A DNA stretch of 64,000 nucleotides, taken from contig QPGO01000135.1 of the NCBI GenBank assembly GCA_008632985.1, positions 124,001 to 188,000 on the forward strand, given 5' to 3'. Shown here in pieces: positions 40,501 through 50,709 of the stretch. Origin of the DNA: Psammoneis japonica. Its lineage: Eukaryota. A model generated the notes under the pieces. That model made no database searches and was not told where the DNA came from. It was given only the letters and a program-made list of their open reading frames with translations. Made by a program: the position numbers and the translations under genes. Each line of letters opens with the position of its first letter. Position 1 is the first letter of the stretch.

Positions 40501-43500
40501 CGACGAGAATGTCATCATGGACACCAATGATGACGATTCTCTGTATCACCGCCTAGTTGCTCAGGTGAATGTCTCCCACAACGACATTGAGGGAGATGGG
40601 ATGCACCACCGGTACGACCCAGATGTCCACCCGGATTGTGCCAAGCGGAAACCGGTGCATGCACTGTCGACCTCGAGTCGTGCATCGACCATCACACCCA
40701 AGATGCTCTCTAAGAGGTGGAACATTGGTCTGACGGCCGCTAAGAACACCCTTAGAGTGACGACCCAGGCAGGGGTTCGCAATGTCTGCACACCATCTGA
40801 ATGGAAAATCCAGAAGAAAGCCCCGTGGCTTAAGTTCCCTGCTGTCAAGGGACGCTTCTACTCTGACCAGATGTTTTCGAAGGTTAAATTGACACATGGC
40901 AAGACAGGAGGAAGCGCATTCACCAACGAAAGAGGGCATGATGGGTTCTGTCCTTGGAAGAGGAAACAGGACCACCCGAATGCCGTCATGTCATTTGTGC
41001 ATGACGTTGGCACACCGCAAGTCCTTGTGTCGGATGGCACGCTGGAAATGGCGGAAGGCAAGACCAAGGAGATTTGCAAGGAATGCAGAACACACCAGGA
41101 GGTGTCCACCCCACACAGCCCCTGGCAGAACCTGGCTGAGGCATCCATTCGTGAGTTGAAGAAAAGAGTCCGCGTGACTCTGCGCCGGACTGGAGCTCAC
41201 AGGCGACTTTGGTCCTATAGTGCCAAATGGATGTGTGATGTCCGATGCATGATTGCGACTGGCATGTCGGATGTGGGAGGACAAGTCCCAGAAGAAGAGG
41301 TGACAGGTTCAACACCTGACATCTCGTCCCTCTCTCTCTTTGATTGGTGTCAACCTGTCTGCCATTGCATGCCTGTGGTGGAGTTCCCACACGAGAAGAA
41401 GTGCATTGGCCGTTGGCTCGGAGCAGCCGACAACTGCACTGATGACATGGCATTTGTCATTCTGCCCGAATCAGGCAGACCCATCATTTGGAAAGATGTG
41501 TGGGCCATGCCGGAGGATGACCTTAAAACTCTGGCAATCCAAACAGATCTAGCATCAGTTGATCAGGCTTTGATCGAACGACTTAACATCCCCGAACGGG
41601 ATGCCAATGCTGACTTCCCTGAACTCCCTGATGACTTCATGGACGAATGGGACGATGCTGTCAAACCCATGGAACCCAACGCTTTCAAACCAGAAGCTGA
41701 TGAGCACACCCCAGAGGGGCCAGATGAATGCCCCACAGCTCAAGTCATGTTACCACGTGGAGGCGAGCTGACTCATGCCAGGGTTGTTGCATGCAAACGA
41801 GACAGCAATGGGGTTCCTGTTGGCACTGGGAATGACAACCCTGTCCCAGACTTGAGGACACATGATGTGGAGTTTCCTGATGGATCCACTGATTCCTGTG
41901 CTGCCAACGTAATTTCAGAGAACCCATTCGCTCAGATAGACTCTGAAGGGAATGCCTGCCAGATTATGAAGGAGACAGTCGATCACCGATGTGATGCCCG
42001 TGCCGTGACGGCTGATGATGGGCACACAATGACTGAGACTGGCAGGCGCGCTCCTGGGAGGACGACTGTGCCTGCCAGATTATGGAGACAGTCGATCACC
42101 GATGTTGTGGCTGATGATGGGTGCATGACGACTAAGACTGGCAGGTGTGCTCCCAGGAGGACAACCACAGGCTGGGACCTGCAAGTCAAATGGAAGGATG
42201 GGACTACATCCTGGGTTCCCCTCAAGGATTTGAAGGAATCTAACTCAGTCGAGGTTGCTGAGCACGCTGCAGCGAACAAGGCAGCTAGTGAACCAGCTTT
42301 TAACTGGTGGGTCCGAGACGTCTTGCGTTGCAGGTCAAGGATCTTGAAGAAAGCCAAGTCGCGTCACTGGAAACGCACGCACAAGTTCCCAATTGAACTC
42401 CCGAAATCTGTTGAGGAAGCTGTGGAGATGGATGACAGAGTGGGGACTGACTTCTGGTTCAAGGCTGTCGAGAAGGAAATGCGCAACGTCATGCCTGCAT
42501 TCGAATTCCACGATGACGATGCTGTGCCAGTCGGGTGCAAACACGTTGATTGTCATGTGATCTTTGACATCAAGAGCACCGTCCAACGTGAAGCGAGGTT
42601 CGTGGCCGGAGGCCATCAAACCGATCCACCCAAGGAATCGACTTATTCCAGCATGGCATCGCGTGACAGCGTTAGGATGGCATTCACCACAGCAGCTCTG
42701 AATGACCTGGAGGTCCTGAGTGCCGACGTTCAGAGTGCCTGTTTGAATGCACACACCAAGGAGAAGTGTCACACCACTGCTGGCCTGGAATTTGGGAAGC
42801 ATGATGAAGGAAGGCCGGCAATTGTTGCCCGAGCCTTGCATGGTCTCAAGTCTTCAGGTGCAAGATTTAGGGAACACATGGCAGCCACTTTGCTTGATGC
42901 TGGGTTCGAGTCTTGTAAGGCTGACCCAGATGTCTGGATGCAAGCTGCGGTTAAGCCGGATGGCTTCAAGCACTGGGAACATGTGCACTTGTTTATGTGG
43001 ATGACTTGTTGTGCATCTCCCATGAACCTCAGAAGGTCATGGATTGTGTGAGCTCTGGGTGCACGCTCAAGGACGGAAGTGTCTGCAAGCCGGAAGAGCA
43101 CTCAGGCGCCCAGATCAGAAAGTGCCAGTTGTCTGACTCGGACGGTGGGACACACTGGGCCATGTCCTCTGACCTTTGTGTCAAAAGAACATTAGCTGAT
43201 GTTGAATTGGAGCTTAAGAAAACTGATGGGTGCCTTCCGAAGAAGGCGTTGACGCCCTTGAGCTCGGGACACAGGCCTGAACTGGATGGCTCACCTGAGT
43301 TGACATGCCAAAACGGCCAACTGCTGCCAAGGCCTTGTTGGTGTGCTACGATGGGTGGTTGAACTAGGGCGAGTGGACATTTTTGTCGCTGTCTTGCTCA
43401 TGTCCTCCTGCTTGGCAGCACCACAAGTTGGACACCTGGACGAGGTGCTCCACATCTTCGTGCACTTGAAGGCTCGCTCTAAGTCTGCGCCAGTGTTCGA

Positions 43501-44763
43501 CGACACTGAGCCTGTCTTTGACGAGAGTCGTTTTACCAAGTGCGATTGGGAAGAACATTGCCCTGGTGCAGCTGAACCAATGCTGCCGAATGTGCCAGAA
43601 GCATGTGGGAACAGCATGACCACCACTTGCTTTGTCGATGCTGATCACGCTGGATGCCGTGTGACGTGCAGGTCCCACACTGGGATCCTGACATTCATTC
43701 AACGAGCGCCCATCTTGTGCTGCTCTAAATGGCAGAACACCGTAGAGTCATCCACTTTTGGGTTGGAGTTCGTGGTGATGAAGACCACAGTGGAGCAAAT
43801 TGAAGCCTTGCGTTGCAAGCTTCGAATGCTCGGAATCCCCATGGATGGGGCCACCAATGTTTTCTGCGACAATGAGGCTGTCTTCATTAACTCAACCAAG
43901 CTGGAGTCTACGTTGAAGAAGAAGCACAATGCGATTGCCCATCACAGGACTTGTGAGGCACAAGCCGCTGGAACAGTGTGCATTGCTTGGGAAGACGCAC
44001 GCACAAATTTAGCGGACGCACTAACTAAGTTGTTGCCTGGACTGAAGCTCCGGGAAATCACAAGTCACATCCTGTGGTGAGTCCCAAAAGGGGACAAACC
44101 GAACAGGTTTGCCGTGCAGGTGTGGCTTTTCCCATCCCCAACATGAAAATGCCACCCTGGAATGGGGCAGCATCAGGTGGCATTTGTCTGTCAATCTGGC
44201 CCGAGCGGAGCTAGTGTCAGTTCGAGGGGACTGAACAAATGCTGATGTGCTGTCACGAACATGGGCAGTTTATGTGCCATTGGCTGTCAGTCCACTTTCA
44301 CTTATTCAGTGGTCCCAGTGGCGAAACATCTCACAATTCTAGAACCTGTTGATGCTGTTCAACAGTCTGTCTTGTCTTACACCCAATTCTTAGCCATCAT
44401 GGTGGCATTTATTCAGTTTTTCGGATCGCGTCGTATGTCGCGCACGTGCATTTCTACGTGTGACATTCTACGAAATTGTTTCTACTCCCTGTTTTGCGAA
44501 GCCAAAGGCTTTCTATTTTCAACATTTATGAGAGTGAAAATGCGCTGGGGTACATTCTTTAATGTCTGTAGAATGCACCCGGGCAAACTGTCAATGACGC
44601 ACGTCAAGCATGAAGGAGGAGATGTGTTCGTAAAATTGCCTCTTTTTCTGTTGGCGATCATTTGTATTTTCATTGCAGCACAAATTTACTGCAGAGCTCG
44701 CACGTAGAATTCTACGGGCCCCAATGTCACACGGAGTCCCACCTGCTGGGACTGGAACCCGTC
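37507..44763 (+). mobile_element. MITE split by the copia B plus insertion (37507-37566 and 44416-44763)
   Basis: Left terminus gacgtgttcgagc at 37507, right terminus ctggaacccgtc at 44763; TSD caaa at 37503-37506 and 44764-44767. Confidence 0.88.
37567..44415 (+). mobile_element. Decayed full-length Ty1/copia element (family B, plus copy)
   Basis: 184-bp LTRs 37567-37750 and 44232-44415; TSD gttt; gag from 38297, PR DLDSHVDAC, IN-RT ORF 39929-43051, RH ending 44080; PPT gagggga. Confidence 0.92.
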
Positions 44764-45040
44764 CAAAGCTGGAAATGTGACATCGGTTTCTGAACAATTT
44801 AATCTGATGAAAAGGCATGACAGAAATTGAAGGCAAATGGCAAGAATTCAAACAATAACTCCTTACTGCTGTCTAAATAGCAGATGAGTCTCCGCTCAGA
44901 GACCGTTGCAGGAGCCGAAAGACGTGTAAGTCGGTATAATCGGGCTACTGTCATTATTCTTGTGAGCCTTGTGGCTCGAAAGCAAACTACATCGCGCGTG
45001 AACGCGCGGAACTAAAGCACACAAAACTGTGCACGGTAAA

Positions 45041-47614
45041 CTAAACAGCGCGCGATGCTTCGCGCGCACCTAAATCCTGTTCAAATCCTGTCACTCCCCA
45101 GTTTGCTTGAGGAGCCACAGAAACAGATTCGACTTCGGATGGAATGAAGTTCCAGAACATGAGGGGGCGGAGAAGGTCCCAGATTTGGGAGTAACCCCAA
45201 TGCTTGCTGAGAATGTCAGCAGGGTTGCGGGAGCCTTCGATGAAGTGGAACTCAAGGTAACCAGAGGCAATTGCCTCACGCACACGGTGGAACGATAGTG
45301 CGGTGTGTCGCTTGTGTAACTTGGAGTGCGGGATGGTGGCACTGTCTACAACCGACTTGTTGTCACCGAACATGTAACTAACGTTACGGATCGGGACGCC
45401 AAGGTGGCGCAGGGTGATGCGCAGGTCGACAATCTGCTCAACACAAGTCCTTGCGGCAACAAATTCAGACCCGTAGGTCGCAGTCTCCATGGTGGCTTGT
45501 TTCTTAGAGAACCAATCAGCCGGGAATTTGTTGAGGAAGTGGAGCATTCCCATGACAGAGCGTCCGGTGAGCATGCAATGGTACAAGTTTGCATCGACGT
45601 AGTGGGTGGTAGTGACGAACTTGCCAAGGGGCGGTGGAGCGTCCTTCGGGATCATCTCTTCTGCTTCACCATGCACGGAATGCATCCATTCACAGGCCGG
45701 AGCAGGGAGATCCGAATAGTCGGGCTCTTCCGTGCGAACGCGGAGAGCACCGTGTCGCATCTTGGAGAGGTGCCCACAGACGCGTTTGGCACGATCCAAG
45801 TGGCCTTGACGAGGCGCAGCTCGGAAGCTAGAGAGTGACATGACGGCCGTGGCAATGTCAATTCGACCAAGGGACACTGCCCATTGGAGTGAACCAACAA
45901 GAGACTGGAACTTGTGAATGCCATCGGGTCCCAGCAGTTCGGAAGTGTCCAGTTCGGGGTGGTCACCCTTCTCTAGAGGTGACAGGGCGTTGGTGGTAGG
46001 TTTCTCCCCAAACAGTCGGGCACAGCTGTCGACCATGCGCTCGATGTACTTGCGCGGAGACAGGCACAAGGTTCCGTCGGGTTCCCGGGAAAAGTCGCAA
46101 CCCAGATGGAACTCAATGGGTCCCGTGCCCTTGAGCTTGAACTTGTGCTTTTCCGTGAGAGTGTCGACGAAAGATTGAGGGTCCTTCATGGCAATGGCGA
46201 GGTCATCCACATAAACGGCAATGTATTCACAGTGGTCGCCGTTCCTGCGCATCCAAATGTCGGGTTCGGCGCGGCAGGGGAAGAAGCCTTCAGCTCGCAG
46301 GCAGTCAGCGAAGCGCTCGTGCCAGCGGAGACCGGAGCTGCGCAGTCCATGCAGTGCCTTGTGGATGACAAGGATGTGTCCTTCGAGTTTGCCGAACTCG
46401 GGTCCAGCCACAATGTAAAGCTTCTCCTTGGTGGTGGCTTCAAGGCAGGCATTGCCAATGTCGGTGGCCCATGTCTCCAGCTCGTTGAGTTCGGCCAGGA
46501 AAATCATCAGCCGAAGGCCACGGAGGGAGACTACTCCGGAGCAGACACTGTCGACAGGTACGTCCGTGAGGTGCCCGTCGGCTACGAGTCGTGCCTTGTG
46601 GCGACCGTCGTGTTTCACGTCGCACACTGGGTGCACTCGGATCTTCTTGTGTCCCGCAGGAGGAGTGGAAGACTTGAAGGGCCCGCAGTCATGGAAGACT
46701 TCGTATTCGTCGAGTTGGTCCATCTCGAGATTGGTTGCGTCTCCCCACTTGCGGTTGCCGTTGCGTTCGTCTAGTGACATGGCGTGTTTGTAGTTCCGGG
46801 GAACTTCGCACCCACACTTGTAGCGAGGTGCAGTGCGGAAGGAGCGAAGCTTGGCTTGGTTGGCCATGCGAAATAGCTTCTTTTGGCGCCTCGCGATGGT
46901 GCGGAACCGCTTCCAGCCATCCGTGTCGAGGAGTCCGTTCTCTCGTGCATAGATGGCACAGGTGACGGGGTCGTCCTTGGCGATGATGGCAAGAGGCTCG
47001 GACGTGATCTCCCCACTTTCCCATTCAAGCATGATGTTGTAGCTGGAGCCTTTCCAGGTTGGGTCATGAGGCTTCAGAGGTCCTTCGTGTGACACGATGC
47101 GTCGAAATTTCCAAACAGTGGTGTCTTCGTCTTCTTGCTCAATGTGATTCATGATGTCATTGCAGGCAAGGACTTCCTCGTATTCGTCATTGTTGACAGA
47201 GCAGACGAACTTAGTGAGCTCGGGATTGCCGTTCACTTTCCATTCGTGGTCTTCGACGGCCTTGACGATGCGAGCTCTGTGGCGTTGTCCGTCCTCTTGT
47301 GGCTGCATGAGGAAGGTGCGTCCAATGATGTCTTGCGGATCGAAAACTGGCATCTTGGGTGTCCTGATCTCCCCATCAGGAGAGTCGACGGGGTTGTCGT
47401 CATGGCGAGATTTGATGATGGGTTCAGGTGGCTCCCCATCAGGAGGATCAAGACGCAGGTTTCGAACGGCAGGATCGGGGGTAGCGGAGCGGACGTTGGA
47501 CCGGCAGAGGATCTTCTGAGTCTCGTCAGATAGAATCTTGAAGGTCATCTGGTGGCCGACGTGCTCAGCAATGCCAACGAAGCGTCCACGCAACTCACGG
47601 GATTCAGAGGCCAA
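45041..47614 (-). CDS. pol: pol C-terminal part: integrase tail, reverse transcriptase (YVDD) and RNase H
   Basis: 857-aa frame with HKARLVADG, DIGNACLEA, YIAVYVDDL, YVDANL, GDNKSV, NPADILSK; joined to the upstream ORF by a 1-nt frameshift near 47608. Confidence 0.9.
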   Translation of the reverse strand: MASESRELRGRFVGIAEHVGHQMTFKILSDETQKILCRSNVRSATPDPAVRNLRLDPPDGEPPEPIIKSRHDDNPVDSPDGEIRTPKMPVFDPQDIIGRTFLMQPQEDGQRHRARIVKAVEDHEWKVNGNPELTKFVCSVNNDEYEEVLACNDIMNHIEQEDEDTTVWKFRRIVSHEGPLKPHDPTWKGSSYNIMLEWESGEITSEPLAIIAKDDPVTCAIYARENGLLDTDGWKRFRTIARRQKKLFRMANQAKLRSFRTAPRYKCGCEVPRNYKHAMSLDERNGNRKWGDATNLEMDQLDEYEVFHDCGPFKSSTPPAGHKKIRVHPVCDVKHDGRHKARLVADGHLTDVPVDSVCSGVVSLRGLRLMIFLAELNELETWATDIGNACLEATTKEKLYIVAGPEFGKLEGHILVIHKALHGLRSSGLRWHERFADCLRAEGFFPCRAEPDIWMRRNGDHCEYIAVYVDDLAIAMKDPQSFVDTLTEKHKFKLKGTGPIEFHLGCDFSREPDGTLCLSPRKYIERMVDSCARLFGEKPTTNALSPLEKGDHPELDTSELLGPDGIHKFQSLVGSLQWAVSLGRIDIATAVMSLSSFRAAPRQGHLDRAKRVCGHLSKMRHGALRVRTEEPDYSDLPAPACEWMHSVHGEAEEMIPKDAPPPLGKFVTTTHYVDANLYHCMLTGRSVMGMLHFLNKFPADWFSKKQATMETATYGSEFVAARTCVEQIVDLRITLRHLGVPIRNVSYMFGDNKSVVDSATIPHSKLHKRHTALSFHRVREAIASGYLEFHFIEGSRNPADILSKHWGYSQIWDLLRPLMFWNFIPSEVESVSVAPQANWGVTGFEQDLGAREASRAV

Positions 47615-50600
47615 TCGGAGTCATCGAGGTGGAAGTACACGGGTTCCCACCAGTGAAAGCGAAGCAATGGGCTGATGTCCGGGGTGGAGCCAGTGAGAGT
47701 CTCGAGGGGCGTGCGCCAGTGGAGACGTGGGGACGCTGTATGGTTGAGCATGAAGCACACGTACATGAGCGCCAGCAGCCATGTATGGGCGGGCGAACCA
47801 AAACGATCCATGACAGTGTTCGCCATGCGCTTCACGGTCTGGTGTCGACGCTCGGCAAAGTTTTGGTGTTGCTGGTGAGGCTCACTTTGCCAGCTAGAGA
47901 TGAAGAGGGCGCGCAGGATCCCGAGCACTTTGTTGCTGATCTCAACTTGAGCACGGTCGCTAATGAGTTTGGATGGGGCACCACGTTCACGGATCTGATC
48001 CTCGAGTGTGTTGACAAACTCTTTGTCCGTCTTAGTGCCGTAGACGTCAGTGACGGTAGACTCGGTGCCAACAAACAGTTGGGCGCTGGTGCAACCAGAG
48101 TCGACGGCCGGGGTGTCGGCATAAACGGTGTCAGTGGCGACAGGCTCGTTGCGGCGGTGCACATTAAGGGCGGGGTTGGGTGATTTGTAGGCCTTGCGAA
48201 GGTGTGTACCGGCGGGCATGCGGGCGTACTGCGTGGTGCAGTCAAAAGTACGACGGACCGTATCGGCAGGCAGGAAGCCAAAGCAAGGCCGAAGAGACTC
48301 GAAGGGGGGGTCCTTGGGCTGTACAGTGCGCTCCGGAGGTGGAACGTCATCGCCCTGGGGGCCAATCGCATGCAGATGACACTCGTAGAACACGTCGTCG
48401 TTCGGAATGAGGTGATCATCGAGGGCGGACGCGTGATCGGCAGACAAGGAAGCGGACATGATGGTCTCGTTGACAACGACACGATGACGGTAGTTGCCGT
48501 ATTCGTCAAATAGGTTGGCAGTGGGATCGTCCTGTAGGTCAGAGATCGCGTCGTACCACTGGTCGTCGTCAGTGACAGAGTGATCGAGGACGGAAGGGTC
48601 CCATGTGTCATCACCGGTGAGGATGACATGGGGCAGGGTGTCCCATTCGGCGTCATTGTAAGGTCGCATGGCAACATAGGGCAGGCCAGCCTTGATGTCA
48701 ATGGGGATGACATAGCCATCAGGAGTGGCAATACGTTGCAAGCCGTTGGGCACCTTGACAGAGCGATCGTTGACATCCTGTTTGTACCATTCGAGCTGGC
48801 CGCAGGAATGGATGGTCTTGCCCTTGCCCGTGTATGCGCACTGATGGAGGATGGCGATGACGGGACCACGCTGGGTCTCAATAACGGCACCAGCGGTGAC
48901 AATGGGGATGTCCACCAATTGATGATCGTCAATGCCCTGAACGTCGACTTGGCGAGAGGTGCGTGCAATGACGCGAACGTCGTCGCCAGCAATGCCGCCG
49001 TTGGCCCCACGATCGACTAGAGCGCCAGTGCGTGTGGAGCGATGAGCAGAGGCAGAGTAAATGACATTGTGGTTGTCAACGCGGCGGCAAGTGCGGCCGT
49101 TAAGTTCCATGTCATCTGCAGAAGCTGGCGGGGTAGAGGAAGCGGCGGATGGCCCCGGTCGACTGGCATTGGGGGCTTGGTTAGGAGACAACAGACGTTG
49201 CAGATCACCGGGTGGCAGTGGCTTGCGCTTGGTGAGGTGCGCCAGGATGGGATTATCCGAAGTGGCGTCCACATGTGGAGCGGAGTCACCAGAGTCAGCA
49301 GGAGTCGTGTTGGACAAGTTGACATCACCGTCACTCCCAAGGCGTTGGTCGTGAAGGTTGGCCGTAACAGACTCATGGTAGTTGCTGGCTCGCGGGTTGC
49401 GGGGAGGTGGACGAGAATGCTCAAGGATGATCGCCTTGGAGGAATCGGGCAACGAATCCCAGAGCCGTTGGTGGTCGGGAGGGAGACGTCTCCATTGGAC
49501 ACCGGTGAGGCTGGGACCGCGGGTGCAGGCAGCATTGGCTTGGAGGACGTCAACGTCGCTGTCAATGTCGTAGAACACATCGTCGGACGGTTCCTCGGAG
49601 TAGACGTCGTGTGCGCATATGGCGCGTCGGGGAGCTCGAGGTGTCGTCTTGGGTTGAAACGTGCTGTCGCACTGAGCTGCCGCGGAGAGGAGCAAGCCAC
49701 AGCATTGATCGTATGTGAGGCTCTTGCCACTCTGCGTACGATGCTGATCAGCTTGGTTCTTGACAGCACGGAGTTCCTCGACAGGGTGCACGGCATTCTC
49801 GAGCATGACGCGCTTCTGTCCTTCAGAGAAGTGGTCACTGGCCGGGATGAGTGCCTCGCACTTGCGCAACTGATCTTGCCAATGAAGGATGAACCCGTGG
49901 GTCGGACCTTTCCAAGTGCCATCACCAAGACGCGCGGTGGTGAGGTACGTGAGCAGGGTGGAGGACTCGATAGATGCGCGGGTGGAGGCAAGCGCGCACT
50001 CAGACAAGGAGCGGCAGACGGTCTGTGCGTCAGAAGACCCCACATTTTCGCGAATGAGAGCCTTGCCCTTGTCGGTGAGAAGGATGCGTTCGAAGACGGC
50101 GAACATGTACTTTTGCTGTTCAGCAAAGAGCAGTTTGTCTTCGGGGCTGGTCGGTTTGTACGACGAGTCTAGAATGCACTCGACGTCTTGGGCACGGGCT
50201 TGTGCCACAAGTGAGGTGTGCCAAGTGTGCCACTGCTTGTCGGATTTGAGAGCCGTGAAAGCGGTGGGATCACGCTTGATGCCTCGCTTGAAGTCCCGCA
50301 CCGGGTCGCGTGCCTTGGTCGGGTTGGTGACATGTGGAGGTGCAAGGGGTGAGCTGCCGATGGACACAGAAGACATGTAGTCGGGGCTGAGGCGGCAGGC
50401 AAGGAACTCGTCATGCGTGAACAAAGAGGAGTCGTTGGCAACGTCAAGACCTTTGTGTGCTTTGACAATGTACAGACTGACTAGTGCTGCTAACATGTTC
50501 TTATAACCACGGGGCAAAGGGATTACATTAGTGCCGTTGTCGTACTCAAGCGAGTCGATTTGGGACGGTATGAACGTGAATAGTTCCTGATGCGAGTCCG

Positions 50601-50709
50601 TGCCGTCTTGGGCCAAAGCCAAACGAAGAGGACTCCCAGCACCTTGGGCAAGCACGGTTCCAACCACGTGCTCGAAACCATCGGTTTGTTGCTGACGAGT
50701 GAGAACCAT
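47545..50709 (-). CDS. gag-pol: gag-protease-integrase polyprotein part
   Basis: ATG at 50709 (MVLTRQQQ); FKRGIKRD gag motif, LVDRGANGG protease, ATDTVY/LISDRAQ/QNFAER integrase. Confidence 0.9.
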   Translation of the reverse strand: MVLTRQQQTDGFEHVVGTVLAQGAGSPLRLALAQDGTDSHQELFTFIPSQIDSLEYDNGTNVIPLPRGYKNMLAALVSLYIVKAHKGLDVANDSSLFTHDEFLACRLSPDYMSSVSIGSSPLAPPHVTNPTKARDPVRDFKRGIKRDPTAFTALKSDKQWHTWHTSLVAQARAQDVECILDSSYKPTSPEDKLLFAEQQKYMFAVFERILLTDKGKALIRENVGSSDAQTVCRSLSECALASTRASIESSTLLTYLTTARLGDGTWKGPTHGFILHWQDQLRKCEALIPASDHFSEGQKRVMLENAVHPVEELRAVKNQADQHRTQSGKSLTYDQCCGLLLSAAAQCDSTFQPKTTPRAPRRAICAHDVYSEEPSDDVFYDIDSDVDVLQANAACTRGPSLTGVQWRRLPPDHQRLWDSLPDSSKAIILEHSRPPPRNPRASNYHESVTANLHDQRLGSDGDVNLSNTTPADSGDSAPHVDATSDNPILAHLTKRKPLPPGDLQRLLSPNQAPNASRPGPSAASSTPPASADDMELNGRTCRRVDNHNVIYSASAHRSTRTGALVDRGANGGIAGDDVRVIARTSRQVDVQGIDDHQLVDIPIVTAGAVIETQRGPVIAILHQCAYTGKGKTIHSCGQLEWYKQDVNDRSVKVPNGLQRIATPDGYVIPIDIKAGLPYVAMRPYNDAEWDTLPHVILTGDDTWDPSVLDHSVTDDDQWYDAISDLQDDPTANLFDEYGNYRHRVVVNETIMSASLSADHASALDDHLIPNDDVFYECHLHAIGPQGDDVPPPERTVQPKDPPFESLRPCFGFLPADTVRRTFDCTTQYARMPAGTHLRKAYKSPNPALNVHRRNEPVATDTVYADTPAVDSGCTSAQLFVGTESTVTDVYGTKTDKEFVNTLEDQIRERGAPSKLISDRAQVEISNKVLGILRALFISSWQSEPHQQHQNFAERRHQTVKRMANTVMDRFGSPAHTWLLALMYVCFMLNHTASPRLHWRTPLETLTGSTPDISPLLRFHWWEPVYFHLDDSDWPLNPVSCVDASLALLSTSATR

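Noticed and set aside
20635..44415. Alternative genetic code (Cys/His codons read as Tyr)
   Set aside because: The same site is Tyr, Cys or His in different copies, and non-coding LTR and MITE DNA changes in the same way.
45041..45110. pol frame running through the PPT into the LTR as evidence of an erased stop codon
   Set aside because: Possible (CAA from TAA), but copia pol frames can end within the LTR and no unmutated reference is available.
47545..47614. Programmed ribosomal frameshift
   Set aside because: It lies inside the integrase region with no slippery site, and the relative at about 56950 is in frame.
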